In this document: piece after piece, positions 37,906 through 50,800 of the stretch
Layout: each line of letters starts with the position of its first letter
Position numbering within the stretch: position 1 is the stretch's first letter
Origin: Octopus vulgaris
Lineage: Eukaryota
DNA length: 64,000 nt
Direction of reading: 5' to 3'
Assembly (NCBI GenBank): GCA_951406725.2
Contig: OX597815.1
Location: forward strand, 1,302,001 to 1,366,000
The notes under the pieces: model-generated
The model's database searches: none
Seen by the model: only the letters and a program-made list of their open reading frames with translations
Told to the model about the DNA's origin: nothing
Program-made: the position numbers and the translations under genes

Positions 37906-38433
37906 TGTATATATACATACATATATATATACATATACACCCATACACATTTACACACACAGATTCTTTTCTACACTTGGCACAGGGCCTGAAATTTTGG
38001 GAGAGGGGGCCAGTTGATTAGATCGACCCTAGTATGCAACTGGTACTTAATTTATCGACCCTGAAATTATGAAACGCAAGCTCAACTTCAATGGGATTTG
38101 AACTCAGAAAGTAAAGACATGAAACACTGCCCAGCGTGTTGACCATCCTGCCAGCTTGCCACAATATCAGTTTGTCCCTGGTATAGCTTGACAATTGGTG
38201 TTGGTTTGTTCACATCCCTGTAACGTAACAGTTCAGCAAGAGGCTAATAGGGTAATTATCAAACTTTAAAGAAAAAAGTCCTGGGGTCAATTTCTTCGAC
38301 TAAACCCTTGAAAGCACTGCCCCAGCATGGCCTTGGTTAATTGGCTGAAAGAAATAAAAGAAGACCTGAAACTGCAAATGTCTCTGCCCAGTGTATATCA
38401 AGAAGAGAAAGGGGGAAATTCAAGAAGGAATTG

Positions 38434-38628
38434 TTAAAAAAAAAAAAATTTTAAATATCCTTTACACCCCTCCTGCACAAATTTATCCAAGTTTTGACAC
38501 TTTAGAGACATCAAATCTTATGAGTCTTGGTAGTCAGATTCGTAAGATCTGATGTCTCTAAAGTGTCAAAATTTGGATAAATTTGTGCAGGAGGGGTGTA
38601 AAGGATATTTAAAATTTTTTTTTTTTAA
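38434..38628. repeat. Near-perfect palindrome (MITE-like)
   Basis: ~94-bp inverted arms with a short loop. Confidence 0.85.
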
Positions 38629-39215
38629 TTCTTCCATATTTATTTATTGGTATGTGAAAATATATAAAATGAGTAATGCAGGTTCAATATTAGATTTTGA
38701 ATCTACACACACACACAATCTTTATTACAGTATTTAAGCTATAAAATTTACTACCTAAGTCTCATGGTCAGACTGTGGTTTGAACTCATATCAAAGACAC
38801 TTTTGTATGATTATACATTCTTCAGGCAGAACTAGAGCGACTATTCCTGGTTTTGTCTGAAGAATATAAGGTCATGTGGCATTGTTCTCCATGTGAGGTC
38901 AAGCCACAGCCTGACCATGGAACTTAAGCTGCAAATTAAGTCTAAAGTATAAAGAACCTAATCTGTCATTGTATCATGGCTGTTGATTTCTTTACATTTT
39001 CACAATTTGCCCAGTAATGTGTGTGTGTGTTATTCTTACATAACTACTTGAAAAACGTGTACTAAATGCATTCAAATTATCATTTGGTTGTCTTTATTAC
39101 ACACAAATATCTATTGAGGTGCTTGTCAGGTTGTTGCCATGGAAACTCAGCATATTGTAGTTTGTTTCTTGGTGAAGCATTTGCCATAAACCTTAAGATT
39201 TGTTCCTTGTTGCAG

Positions 39216-39381
39216 GTACCACATCAAGATCATTGAGAAGTACAGTCACCCACACTTTGATATTCAAAAGTTGACCATCTCAGACACAACTGGAACCACC
39301 AAAGACCATCAAATAATTCATTTGGTTTACAGATGTTGGCCTTACAACATTAATCACCTGGATATCGATTCATTCCTGCAG
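39216..39381 (+). CDS. PTPN13: PTP domain exon 3 (HQIIHLVYRCWPY; WPD loop altered)
   Basis: ccttgttgcag acceptor, CAG|gttagt donor; phase 2-0. Confidence 0.9.
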
Positions 39382-39912
39382 GTTAGTAGTATTGGGCTTG
39401 TTACTCGATCCTTGGTCAACCCTGATTTGGCATGCTTAGGATCAAAACTATTCTAGCCATGACCACCCTGTCTTATTCCAAACTTAAGTGTCTCTCAGGT
39501 GACATGATTGAAAGTATTCTTTCTTTTTTAGGACACTAGATAACTTGAGGGTGATTTTAGTCATTATTTCCAGTAACTGACCAGTTTGACGGCCCCTTTG
39601 TGGATGTGTAATCCATTCATGGATTTTTTGCAGAGTAATTATGTATTAAAACAGTGGATTGGAAACATGTTTGTTATTATTTATTCACCATTACACATGT
39701 TTCGTTTACTAATAAGAGTTACCAAGTTGTACATGTAGGATAAACATGTAAGATATGCCTTCTTAGAAATTCTTCAGACAGAATCAAAATAATGCAAAAT
39801 CAACATTTGGATGAAGTGTTTATATAGAATTAGTAATCAGGGGTCCTTTAGACAGTTGGAGGAGAGAATAAAGGGCCAAACTAATAATATGCAAAAGAGA
39901 GTATATATATAT

Positions 39913-39947
<35 letters not shown>

Positions 39948-39951
<4 letters not shown>

Positions 39952-40332
39952 CTCGTTTCAGTCATTTGACTGCGGCCATGCTGGAGCACCGCCTTTAATC
40001 GAACAACTCGACCCCGGGACTTATTCTTTTGTAAGCCCAGTACTTATTCTATTGGTCTCTTTTGCCGAACCGCTAAGTAACGGGGACATAAACACACCAG
40101 CATCGGTTGTCAAGCAATGCTAGGGGGACAAACACAAACACACGCATATATATATATATACATATATACGACGGGCTTGTTTCAGTTTCCGTCTACCAAA
40201 TCCACTCACAAGGCTTTGGTCGGCCCAAGGCTATAGTAGAAGACACTTGCCCAAGGTGCCACGCAGTGGGACTGAACCCGGAACCTTGTGGTTGGTAAAC
40301 AAGCTACTTACCACACAGCCACTCCTGCGCCT
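39948..40332 (-). mobile_element. tRNA-derived SINE, family A
   Basis: Reverse complement of 32673-33071. Confidence 0.9.
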
Positions 40333-40483
40333 ATATATAATACAAATAAGAAAATGGAGAAACAAATTTAGTTTGTTCATCAACTTACGGATATTATAAT
40401 GTTAGATTATTCATTTTACAAATGGGAACATATCTATATATAGCAAATAAGTAACAAGGATGTCCATTTCAAGTGGTTCCATT

Positions 40484-40836
40484 TAATCACTCAATGAAAA
40501 CGTCAATTTGAAAGAAACCCCTCTCCTCAGAAGCAGATGACCCATATAGATTTCCAACAAAAAGGATAAACCGTTATTTTTTAGCAAAATTTCATCAGTA
40601 CAAGAGACTAAAATAATTACATTGATTCATTTTGCTATTTTTCGGCCCCTAAATTCATTCTGCCACAAAAATAGTAAAATTGAAACAATGTAATTATTTT
40701 AGACTTTTGTACTGATGAAATTTTGCTTAAAAAAAAAAAATGGTTTATCCTTTATTTTGGAAATCTATATGGGTCATCTGCTTCTGAGGAGAGGGGTTTC
40801 TTTCAAATTGATGGAATGTTTTCATTCATTGATTAA
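40484..40836. repeat. Long fold-back MITE-like palindrome
   Basis: ~160-bp inverted arms (GAAAGAAACCCCTCTCCTCAGAAGCAGATGACCC / GGGTCATCTGCTTCTGAGGAGAGGGGTTTCTTTC). Confidence 0.85.
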
Positions 40837-41313
40837 CCCTTTCATTACCAACCCGGTTGAAACCACCTCTCGCTCTGTAGTACAAATGTCTTGTTTTCTT
40901 AAGTTTTGAATTAAAATCTTTCACCAAGCCTTAGTCACAACTTACGTTCCTAAACACTAGCTTAATGATAATGAAGTTATTTTACTAATTTCTTTGTTAT
41001 ATTTAAAATTAATTGAAAGAAACACAGAGCATCTCAAAACAAATACAGTAATGCAAGGGTTAATGAGAGCTTACTTATTGTGTAAGGAGTAAAGAAATGA
41101 AGAGGTTCTTATTGTGTGACGAGTAAGGAGATAGAGTTGTTCTGTGAGTATTGCCCTATCAATCATGGAACATGCCAGGGCAATCTCCTTTATTTTTCAG
41201 GTGTGAAGAGAATAACAAGTTGTATTTACATCAGTTTACCTTTCACAGCATTGACTAACTACAAAAAATGTTATTCCATGTGTGTTCAATGAAATTTTGT
41301 ATTTTCTCAACAG

Positions 41314-41478
41314 TTTGTTCAAACTATTCAGCATTATCGGCCTCTCAGCAGATCCTTGCCTGATGAACAACACTGCAGTAGTGACTTGGTGATCGTCCAC
41401 TGTAGCAGTGGCAGTTCTCTCTCAGCTCTCATCATTGCTGTTGATGTGGCTGTCATCCACATCCAAAACAATATCAAG
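41314..41478 (+). CDS. PTPN13: PTP domain exon 4 with degenerate signature VIVHCSSGSSLSA
   Basis: ttctcaacag acceptor, AAG|gtaatt donor; phase 0-0; VHCS motif at 41395-41406. Confidence 0.92.
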
Positions 41479-42540
41479 GTAATTTTCTTACAATAATTTA
41501 AAAAAAGAAAAAGAAAAAACTTGAAAAATCTAAAAGCTTAAATGTTTTTATTTTGTTAGAGTTGGTCTATGATCAAAAACACTCCGGCCATGACGAGCCC
41601 ATCTATCACTCAGTCATAATGTATTAAGAAATACATTAATGTGTTGGTTTTCAGAAACTTTTTCTTTATGATACATTGGACAGCGAAATAAATAATTACT
41701 GGTACTGCAACATTTCTCATTGAAAGTTTAAACAAAATATTTTAAAGTGAAACGTTATCCAAGATTATCTGTTTTGGAACCATGTCTCTGAGTTGTTCTT
41801 TGTTTTTCCTGAAGACCAGTGACAGGTGATGTAAGCAAGCCTTGGCTGCTATTCACAGCAGATTGAGCATCTTTATAATGAATGCAGCTATATAGTGAAG
41901 GATGAAATTATATTCAAATATCACATTTTTTAACCCTTTTGTTACCAACCTGGCTGAAACCGGCTCTGGCTCTGAGTACAAATGTCTTGTTTTCACAAGT
42001 TTTGAATTAAAATCTTCCACCAAACCTTAGTCACAATTTATGTTCCTAACACTAGCTGAATGATAACGAAGTTATTTTAATAAATTCTTTGTTATATTTA
42101 AAGTAATTGAAAGAAACACAGAGCATCTCAACAGAAATACAGTAACGAAAGGGTTAAAAATAGGTATAGTTTTTTTCTTTGGTAGCCTTGTGGGTAAAGG
42201 TGCTTTATAAGCAGAGGTATATGTTGAGGTGGAGGGTTTCAATCTCTGCCAAGTATTACAAAAGAGTTTTATTAAATATTTACATGTTTTCTAATTAGTT
42301 AGAGAGGAGGGGAAAAAGAAGGGGGGTGGATAATTTTTACTTGGATTTAATGGTTCAGTGAAAGAGACTGATAAAATAAGGACCTACCTTGAAGAAATTA
42401 ATTACAGGGATTGATTTATTTAACTGAAACCTTCAACTGCAAGAAAGAAAAAAGCAACAAAAAGAAAACCCTTCAGTGCATGCCCAGGGACAAGATTGAA
42501 CTCTGTATCAGGATGCTTCTATATTGTTTGCTATTGTCTC

Positions 42541-43290
42541 TACCCACAAGACCACTGAGACAACAGCAATAACTAATGTGAAAATAATATATTTAAACCT
42601 ATCAGATTAATGTAATCAATAACCAATCATTAAAATAGATTTAAATATCTCATATTTTGTATAAGTAGTATTACTGGCCGTATGGCCTAGTGGATAAGGG
42701 TGGTTGGTTACAAACAAGGCAGTGGGGTAGATGGAGGTTTCAGTCTCAGGTAGGGATTGTGATGTGATATTTAGTTTTAATTTTTTTCTGTAAATGGAGA
42801 AGGGGAAAAAAAACTTTTACAAAGAGCCTCAGGCCAAGATTGAACCTTTGTTAAAGAGGTCTGTGTGTTGCTGTGTCCATGGCTTTACCCACAAGACCAT
42901 TGAGACAACAGCAATAACTAATGTAAAAATGATATATTTAAATCTATCAGACTAAAGTAATCAATAACCAATCATTAAAATAGATTTAAATATCTCATAT
43001 TTTGTACAAGTAGTATTACTGGCCGTATGGCCTAGTGGATAAGGGGCCTTGGTTACAAACAAGGCAGTGGGGTAGATGGAGGTTTCAGTCTCAGGTAGGG
43101 ATTGTGATGTGATATTTAGTTTTAATTTTTTTCTGTAAATGGAGAAGGGGAAAAAAAAACTTTTACAAAGAGCCTCAGGCCAAGATTGAACCTTTGTTAA
43201 AGAGGTCTGTGTGTTGCTGTGTCCATGGCTTTACCCACAAGACCATTGAGACAACAGCAATAACTAGTTTGAAAATGATATATTTAAATC
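42541..43290. repeat. ~345-bp tandem duplication containing tRNA-like box A/B units
   Basis: TACCCACAAGACCA(C/T)TGAGACAACAGCAATAAC recurs at ~42541, ~42886 and ~43232. Confidence 0.85.
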
Positions 43291-44540
43291 TTATATAAAA
43301 GCTCTTTGATGTGGTGGTGTTCATGGTTTTCTGTGACTTTAGTAATATATGAGGGGAGAATGTGAAATGCTCCAGAACACAACATGCTACCTGATTCAGG
43401 AATTGATCTCACAACCTTAATGATCACAAGCCTAACCACAAGGCCGTGCACTTTCATGGCAAAGTCAGTAGAGTGGTAGGTTGATTTCCATTTATATCCT
43501 GGGTTCAAGTCCTGCCAAGCCCAGCTTAGCCTTTCATTCTTCTGGGGGGTCAATAAAATAAAGTAATATTGAAGTACAGGGGTCAATTTAATTAACTAAT
43601 CCCCTCTTTTTTCGAATTTAGATCTACCTGACTTGGAATAATAATAATAATAATAATAATAATTTATTATTCTGTAAAGTACCTAACAGTATTGAGTGAA
43701 GTGGACGAATAAAACTAATTCTACAATCATGTCAAGTTTGAACCCCAGCCTATGCTTTTAGAGGGGAAAAAAGGGGTCAGACACATTTGTGCACTCAGCC
43801 ACCAGAACACAAACAAGAAATTATCTCAAAAATGTAAAAAAACAATTCAAACTTTTATGTTTAATATTGAACTGATACTGTGATTCTTTATGTTCTGGTT
43901 TCAAATCCTGTCTAGGTCAGACTTACTTTGCATCCTTCAGCACCCCCACAAGTATGTGTCATATATTGGGGTTGATCTTAAATATATGACTGGTCATAAA
44001 TCTCAAAACTTCAAACCCTTAAGAGTCTTAATTGTGTTGGTGCAGTTTGTCACAGACACAATCTCTCAAATTATTGATGATGGATTAACGAGTTGATTAA
44101 TGAAACCATGACCACCCAGTCTTTGATTCAGGCACAGTGTATCAAGGACTACATTTTCTAATGTATAGTGTTTAGTAATTAACAGAAGCAGCTATTGCTG
44201 TTTAGCCCCAGGTCAGTCTTGATCTAGCAGACCCATGATCAAACAGGTCCTAGCTGTGAGACCATCCCATCTTTTATTCTGGCAAAGTCTATCAAGGACT
44301 ACATTACCTAATGCATAGTACAGAGTTAGTTTTGGGTATTATAGTTTTGCGTTGTTTAGCCCTAGGTCAATCCTGTTTTGAATCTTATGATCAAAGATAT
44401 CCAAATATGATATAATCTCCTCCTCCCAAGGTATCTCTCTATCTACGCATGAGACAACTTAATGATATGTGATGGATATTTATGTATAATGAAGATGATG
44501 TGATGCTGTTTAATTAAGACATGAAACTCGTTTGTTGCAG

Positions 44541-44603
44541 TTCAACCTATTTGATATTGTAAGTGACCTGCGCCTCCAGAGACCACAGATGATTGAAACA
44601 GAG
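44541..44603 (+). CDS. PTPN13: PTP domain exon 5 (FNLFDIVSDLRLQRPQMIETE)
   Basis: tttgttgcag acceptor, GAG|gtaagg donor; phase 0-0; RxQR motif. Confidence 0.92.
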
Positions 44604-44630
44604 GTAAGGAGAGTTAATTGCCTACCTTAA

Positions 44631-44850
44631 CCCTTTAGCATTTAAACCAGCCATATCCGGCTGAAAGTATTCTGCCTGTTTCATGGTCAAACTGGCTAGA
44701 TCTGGTCTCTCACACCAACCCTACAATATTGTTTTAAAAATTACAGGTACCTCATCAAAATCTCATTGCTACAAGATAATGCATGATTAGTTCAAAACAA
44801 TGTGGATAAAAAAGGATTAATTTTGGCAGAATAATGTGAACACTAAAGGG
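44631..44850. mobile_element. TTAA-flanked MITE, second family; related copies ~46196-46421 and ~46558-47264 (interrupted)
   Basis: TTAA|CCCTTTAG ... CTAAAGGG|TTAA. Confidence 0.75.
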
Positions 44851-46690
44851 TTAAAACTTAAAATTAATTAATTTCTAGAAAATTTTCATTCCAGAATTTA
44901 TATCCAGCTTCAACCTGTCCCCTCCTGGGCCTCAATTATTTCCTGATGGCTAGCAGAATCTTTCATTTGATCCCAGGTTTTATTAAAGGAGGATGTTTTC
45001 TTTTTTACTTTGTGTGTTTGAGAGAGAAGGAATTTTGTCTGAGACTCCAATTCCAGACTTGTTTTGGGTCCTCTCTCTTACAAACCTATCCAAACGACCA
45101 GTTGTCCCTATATAATATTGGTTTACAATCTTTAGCACAATACCAGCAACTTCACGAGAAGGGGCTAATTGGTTACATTGACCCCAGTACATGACTGGTA
45201 CTTATTTTATCAACCTCAAAAAGATGAAAGTCAAAGTCAACCTCGGCAACATTTGAGCTCAGAATGTAAAGTTAGGAGAAACGGCCCTAAGCATTTCGTC
45301 CAAGCTCCCAGAAATGATTCTGCCAGCTCACTGACCCCTGACACATAAAGACAGACGACCTGCTGCTAAGCATTTCGTCCATGCTCCCAGAAATGGCTGT
45401 CAGACCTTTTCCCCTTAATTTCCTGTGTAGGCTTTCTCTGTTAACATCCCCAGATTTCTGCATCAATATTCATCATCCGGACGTTTTCAGTCTTTGTTAA
45501 CGTGGTCGTTGCCTGTGCCACCTGACTGGCCCCCTGTGCCAGTGGCATGTAAAAAGCACCCACTACACTCTCAGAGTGGTTGGCATTAGGAAAGGCATCC
45601 AGCTGTAGAATCTTTGCCAGCTCTCAGTCAAACCATCCAACCCATGCCAGCATGGAAAGCAGATGTTAAACAACGATGATGATGATGATGTTTTCTCTCT
45701 ATTTACATGTATATATGTATGTATAGTTTGTATATCAGACCCAAGTAGTATTATTTGTTTATTTCCACCATTCTCTTTCTGTGTGTGTGTGTGTATAAAT
45801 TAGAAAAAAACCCCACCTTTTATCAATTCAATAATGAAAAATTAAATTATACCATCTAGAAAATTACATATAATAGAAAGATTAAATATAAGATAAAACA
45901 TATAACAATGATTAAGTAATGTGCAAAATAATAAAACGTATATATATATATATATAATGTATGTGTGGTGAAGGTGTGTGGCCTAGGGGTTAGGCTGTAG
46001 TACTCGCAATTATTAGATCGTGGGTTTGATTCCATGACTGGGAATGTGTTCTTGAGCAAAACACTTCATTTCACATTGCTTCAGCTTTCCCTTTCAATCA
46101 CTGGGCCATATTGGCCTTCTCAATGCAAAAAGTGCACTGTGACTAGTGATATGTAACAACATCTGAGAGGTCACGTGACCATATGATGTAAGTATAACCC
46201 TTTATCATTCAGATTATTCTGTGAAATGTAATCCTTATTTATTCCCATTGTTTTGAATTAATCCTGGATTATCTCATAGTCTTGAGATTTTCCTGATAGG
46301 GTTTTATATTTTTAGAATGACATTGTTGGGTAGGTGTGAGAAGCCACATCTGGCTAGTTTGAAAATAAAACAGGTAGAATATTTGGGCTGGATTTGGACA
46401 GTTTAAATGCCAACGGGTTAAAAGAGGGAAGAGCTTCGACACAACACAGGACCCTCCTGGAATTGGCCAAAATATTTGGCAAGGGATGCAACATAGTCTT
46501 CATCTCAAATTGACATACCTATCTTATCTTACCTGGAATTTAAACCCTAAATATTAATCCTTTATCATTTAAAGTGGCCATATCAGGCCCAAATATTGAA
46601 ACCAACCATATCTGGCCTCTCACACCTATCCTACAGTGTCATTGTAAAAATAAACAACCACATCATTGAAATCTTGAAGCTATGAGATAA

Positions 46691-47198
46691 TCATCATTCA
46701 ACATCTGCTTTCCATGCTAACATGGGTTGGATGATTTGACTGAGGTCTGGCGAACCAGACTCCAAGCTGATCTGGCAGAGTTTCTACAGCTGGATGCCCT
46801 TCCTAATGCCAACCACTCCAAGAGTGTAGTGGGTGCTTTTATGTGCCACCGGCACGAGGGCCAGTTTGGTGAAACTGGCAATGCCCACACTCAAATGGTG
46901 CTTTTTATGTGCCACCTGCACAGGAGCCAGTCCAGCAGCAATGGCAACGACCTCACTCGAAGCAATTAAGAGTATGAAGACAGGGAAAGCTCCCGGCCCA
47001 TCAGGAATTACTGCAGAGATGCTCAAAATATCTGGCAGTGTCGGCTATAACCTGGTCACCCGTATAGTTAATCAGGTGATACACGAAGGAGTCATACCCA
47101 ATGACTGGTGTAGCAGCATAATAGTCAACTGCTACAAAGGTAAAGGTGATGCTTTAGATACAAATAATTACAGAGGTATCAAGCTCTTGGGTCAGGTA
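46691..47198. mobile_element. RTE insertion: minus-strand tail fused to plus-strand internal RT fragment
   Basis: 46691-46958 is the reversed tail; 46959-47198 encodes AIKSMKTGKAPGPSGITAEMLK...NYRGIKLL. Confidence 0.8.
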
Positions 47199-47354
47199 AT
47201 CCATGGTTAATTCAAAATAATGTGAGTAAGGAAGCATTACAAAGTTAATCTGAATGCTAAATGGTTAATTCCTCACAACAAAAGTTCTTAGACCAGAATC
47301 GGTGAAATTTTAGCCGTTTACATCTGACCGTTTTCTAATTTTTCTATTTTGCAG

Positions 47355-47411
47355 GATCAGTATCGTATTTGCTACCAGGCATCTCTCAGAGCTGTTCAAA
47401 AACTGTTTTGA
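47355..47411 (+). CDS. PTPN13: Terminal coding exon (DQYRICYQASLRAVQKLF*)
   Basis: attttgcag acceptor; QY.F/ICY PTP motif; TGA at 47409-47411. Confidence 0.92.
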   Translation, partial: DQYRICYQASLRAVQKLF

Positions 47412-50400
47412 TGTGGTACCATTTCCAGGCGCTGGCCACGTATAAAACTTCTCCCTCGCAGGTTAACCGGACCTGATGTACTTTCTCATACAGAGAAATT
47501 CTTCTTTAGAAGTTAAGAAGACTTAAGATATTTCTTTAGTATTGAGAATCTCTCCCTTGCGGGTTTAAATGAAACCTGAAGTATTTACTAAGTACCAATG
47601 TCTTTAGAGACATTCTCACTCACAGGTTAACGAGACCTGGAGTAATTCATGTGTAGAGAGGAAGTCTTGTCTGAGTTCTCAATCACTGATAAACTCGTTA
47701 AGAAAGACTCTCCTTTCTCACAATAAACCAGATTCATATCTGGTATGTAAAGAAATTCCTACAGGTTAAGGTTTTCAAAAATATATTTTAAGTTTATTTT
47801 TTTTCTTAATTTGACCAAATCTCATATGAAATATTTACAAATATTTGTATCATTTAGAAAAAACCAAAAAACAAAAAATAAAATTCACAGTAGTTGACTT
47901 TTGTTACTTCAGATTAAAGTTTATAAGGTCTGAAAATATTTATTTTTACCTTAGTCAACCTACAGACTTTATACCATAAAATATTAAACTGCGTAGTTTC
48001 TCATAATAGATGTTACTCAACTTTAGTTATTTTGAAATATATCACAGTTTAGTGTGTTTACTGTTTGACAGTGTGGCACTATAGCATTCTCAGAACTGTC
48101 AATTCTAGATTTTGTTACCAAAAGCCAGAAGAATCATTCATGGAACAACAAGTTGGAACACTATTTGGCCATGACATGTTGGTTAGACAGTCCAGGGAAT
48201 GCATTCTGTTGCATGAACTTTTTATATATTTACACATTTTCAATATTATCCGTTCCTCATGCCAGTCTTCACTTTCTGTTTGTAAGAGCACAAATTAGTT
48301 TTCAAATATTAGATTTTTCTATCTTGATAGGAGGAAACGATTTGCACAATTATATTTAGGTTTTTACCAGCATTGATGATGGTTTTTGATTCCCATTCCT
48401 TATTTCTTGTTAAATTCGTTGTTGTATATTCTCATGAATATTTCAAACCCCCTAAATTAACAAAGTCCTCCAATATTTACCTAAATACACCAAACATTGC
48501 TTCCACTTTCGGTTAAAAATTACATTGATGCTCAACGTTTCGGTTAAAGTTGGGAAAACGTTTAACCAATGCCCTTCTTTAGTCTCTGCATTTTCCCCCT
48601 GTTTGCTCCCTTCTTCAGGGATAACTTTAAAGATACTGAGTGAACAAATAGGAAGTGATCACAACTACATTCTGTTTTTTGGCACCAGATGACCACCCCT
48701 ACTAATCTATCACATAATTAAGATACAGATTTTTATTTTTTTAGGAACTATTCATTGGTTGTGACTTTTGTTACAAATTGCAAAACCTATTCAAAGGTTT
48801 TATTAATGTTACTATGGAAACCGAATGTTTTCCGCTAATCAGCTTTCCTCAGAAAGCAAAATTTACTGTTTTACAGAACAAAAGCTGAACTGAACTGTGT
48901 TTGGTTGTGATGAATACAAGGTTGTGCAGTTGAGACTTTGGAAACAGGAAATTTCCAGTCTGTTAAGATCTACCATTTCATCTGTTGGGATTTAATTCAC
49001 AAAGGAGGGGTCGCAAAAAAGATGAACAGTTTTTCTGGGTTTTTAGTGCTACTAAAAAGGAATTTTAAAATTGTCCTAAAATTGATCAAATCTGTTCTTG
49101 AATATATTAGGGTCTCTTTAACTTTATTTGGTAATCGATTCCAGTTTTTTTAATTGTGTGGTAAATGTGTTATTTGGTAGTCAGCAGCATTCTGTTATGT
49201 CTAAAGGAATTAGTGTCTGAGATTATGGCAGAAACTGAGTCTCAACTAGTATTCATACAGTACTATGGAAGTACTATTGTTTGAGACTGGGTCAAGGAAT
49301 GACACAGTTACAGAAAGAAGTAGATTGAAGTAGATTGGACATGTCTACTTGGAATATTGTTTTACTTTGAACATCAAACTGTTGTCATGTGACTTACAAC
49401 ATGGGGCAACATTCCACATGTTATTCATGCATTGAATGCAACAAGTCAAACAACTTGCATTGAATGATTGACCATGTGATGATGGTGTTATCACTTTGTC
49501 CTTGTTCAGCTCTGGTGATAACACTTCACAACACTTCCTGATATCTTTTCAATGATTATCAATTGTTAAGATATCAGGAATAATTTCATAGAGATTTCTA
49601 AAGAATAACCATTGCAAAATCTCTTTGAACCAAAAGTTCATAAATCCAGACTAAAACCGCTGCCATTTCAGTTGCTGTCTCACTTCCACTTCTCACCCAC
49701 TTTAAAGTTACAACAACTTTAAAATTGGTTGGATTTTTTCCCTTCCTTACACTGAGTTCTTTGTAATTTTTGCCCTGGTTTTGTAGGTTTGTCTGTTATC
49801 TTTTCCATCAGAAAGATGCTCCATCCCAGACCTCTCTAATTCCAGTGTCTTTTGTGTGTCATGGCACATCACAGCTAATTGTAACTTGGATTGTGTTTAA
49901 AATAATTTGGCAAAAACTATTGGAGTAAAACAAACAAAACAAGTAAAACCAAGAGCTCCCAGCTTATCTTGAAAACTAATTGTTATTTGTTTAACAATTC
50001 TTCCCTAAAATTCTGGTAAAAACTTATAAAAGTGCAATTTGTTTCCTTCCATAATAATAGTGTGCATATTAACAGAACACGTGTGGCAGCAATTAATACC
50101 ATGATGTGTTCTATGAGGTCATCTTTGGACTTTGTAACACATCTGTTGCCAACAGGAGGGCAGACGGTTGAACAATTGGGCAACTCTGCTTATCTCTGAA
50201 GACTGGAATGGTAAATGCTAACCAGTTGCAGTCATAGAGGAATGAGACTGTTTCCATTTCTAAACTGTTATATTTCTTAGTATTGTAGTTGGTTGTAGAG
50301 GGTGGCCATGTAGAAATAACCAGAGGAGTAAATTTAACTGCAAATCTGGTGTGTACATAGAAATATTTCTACTTTCCACCGATGTTGGTTCCCAATATAT

Positions 50401-50800
50401 TCCAGGAACAATGAGAAATATCTATAATTTGTAAAAATAATTTAGTGGAAGACACAATTTATGCAGTTCTACATTGATGTTATAAACCCGTTTGTTCACA
50501 TGTTAAAAAAGGTCAAAACTTTCTGAGAAAAGAAAATAAACTTAACAAAAAAAATCTCAAAAAAAAATTGCAAAATAGAATAAAAAAACACCCAAAAAAA
50601 CAGTTTTAGAAAAAATCTTTGTCTTTGTTATTCTTTCCATCTTTTGAAAATTTTATTTTGCGGTTGTGCATTTTTTTTTCTCGTTAAAGAATCATTAAAG
50701 GTGAGACTCTTCAGTCTATGTATACCTGATCACAAACGAAAAAAAAATCGGCCAAGACTAATGCTTTTGTTCCAGTAGAAGTGAAACGGTCAAATAAATG
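47412..50800 (+). other. Probable long 3'UTR
   Basis: Interval after the stop with no recognisable SINE/LINE; AATAAA candidates incl. ~47877, ~50535 and 50793; true end unknown. Confidence 0.5.

Noticed and set aside
42676-42755. Functional tRNA-Arg gene
   Set aside because: Only the 5'/D-arm resembles a tRNA; no convincing anticodon arm or acceptor stem pairing
47409-47780. Selenocysteine or readthrough at the TGA stop
   Set aside because: Protein ends where PTP domains normally end; downstream hairpins lack a recognisable SECIS core
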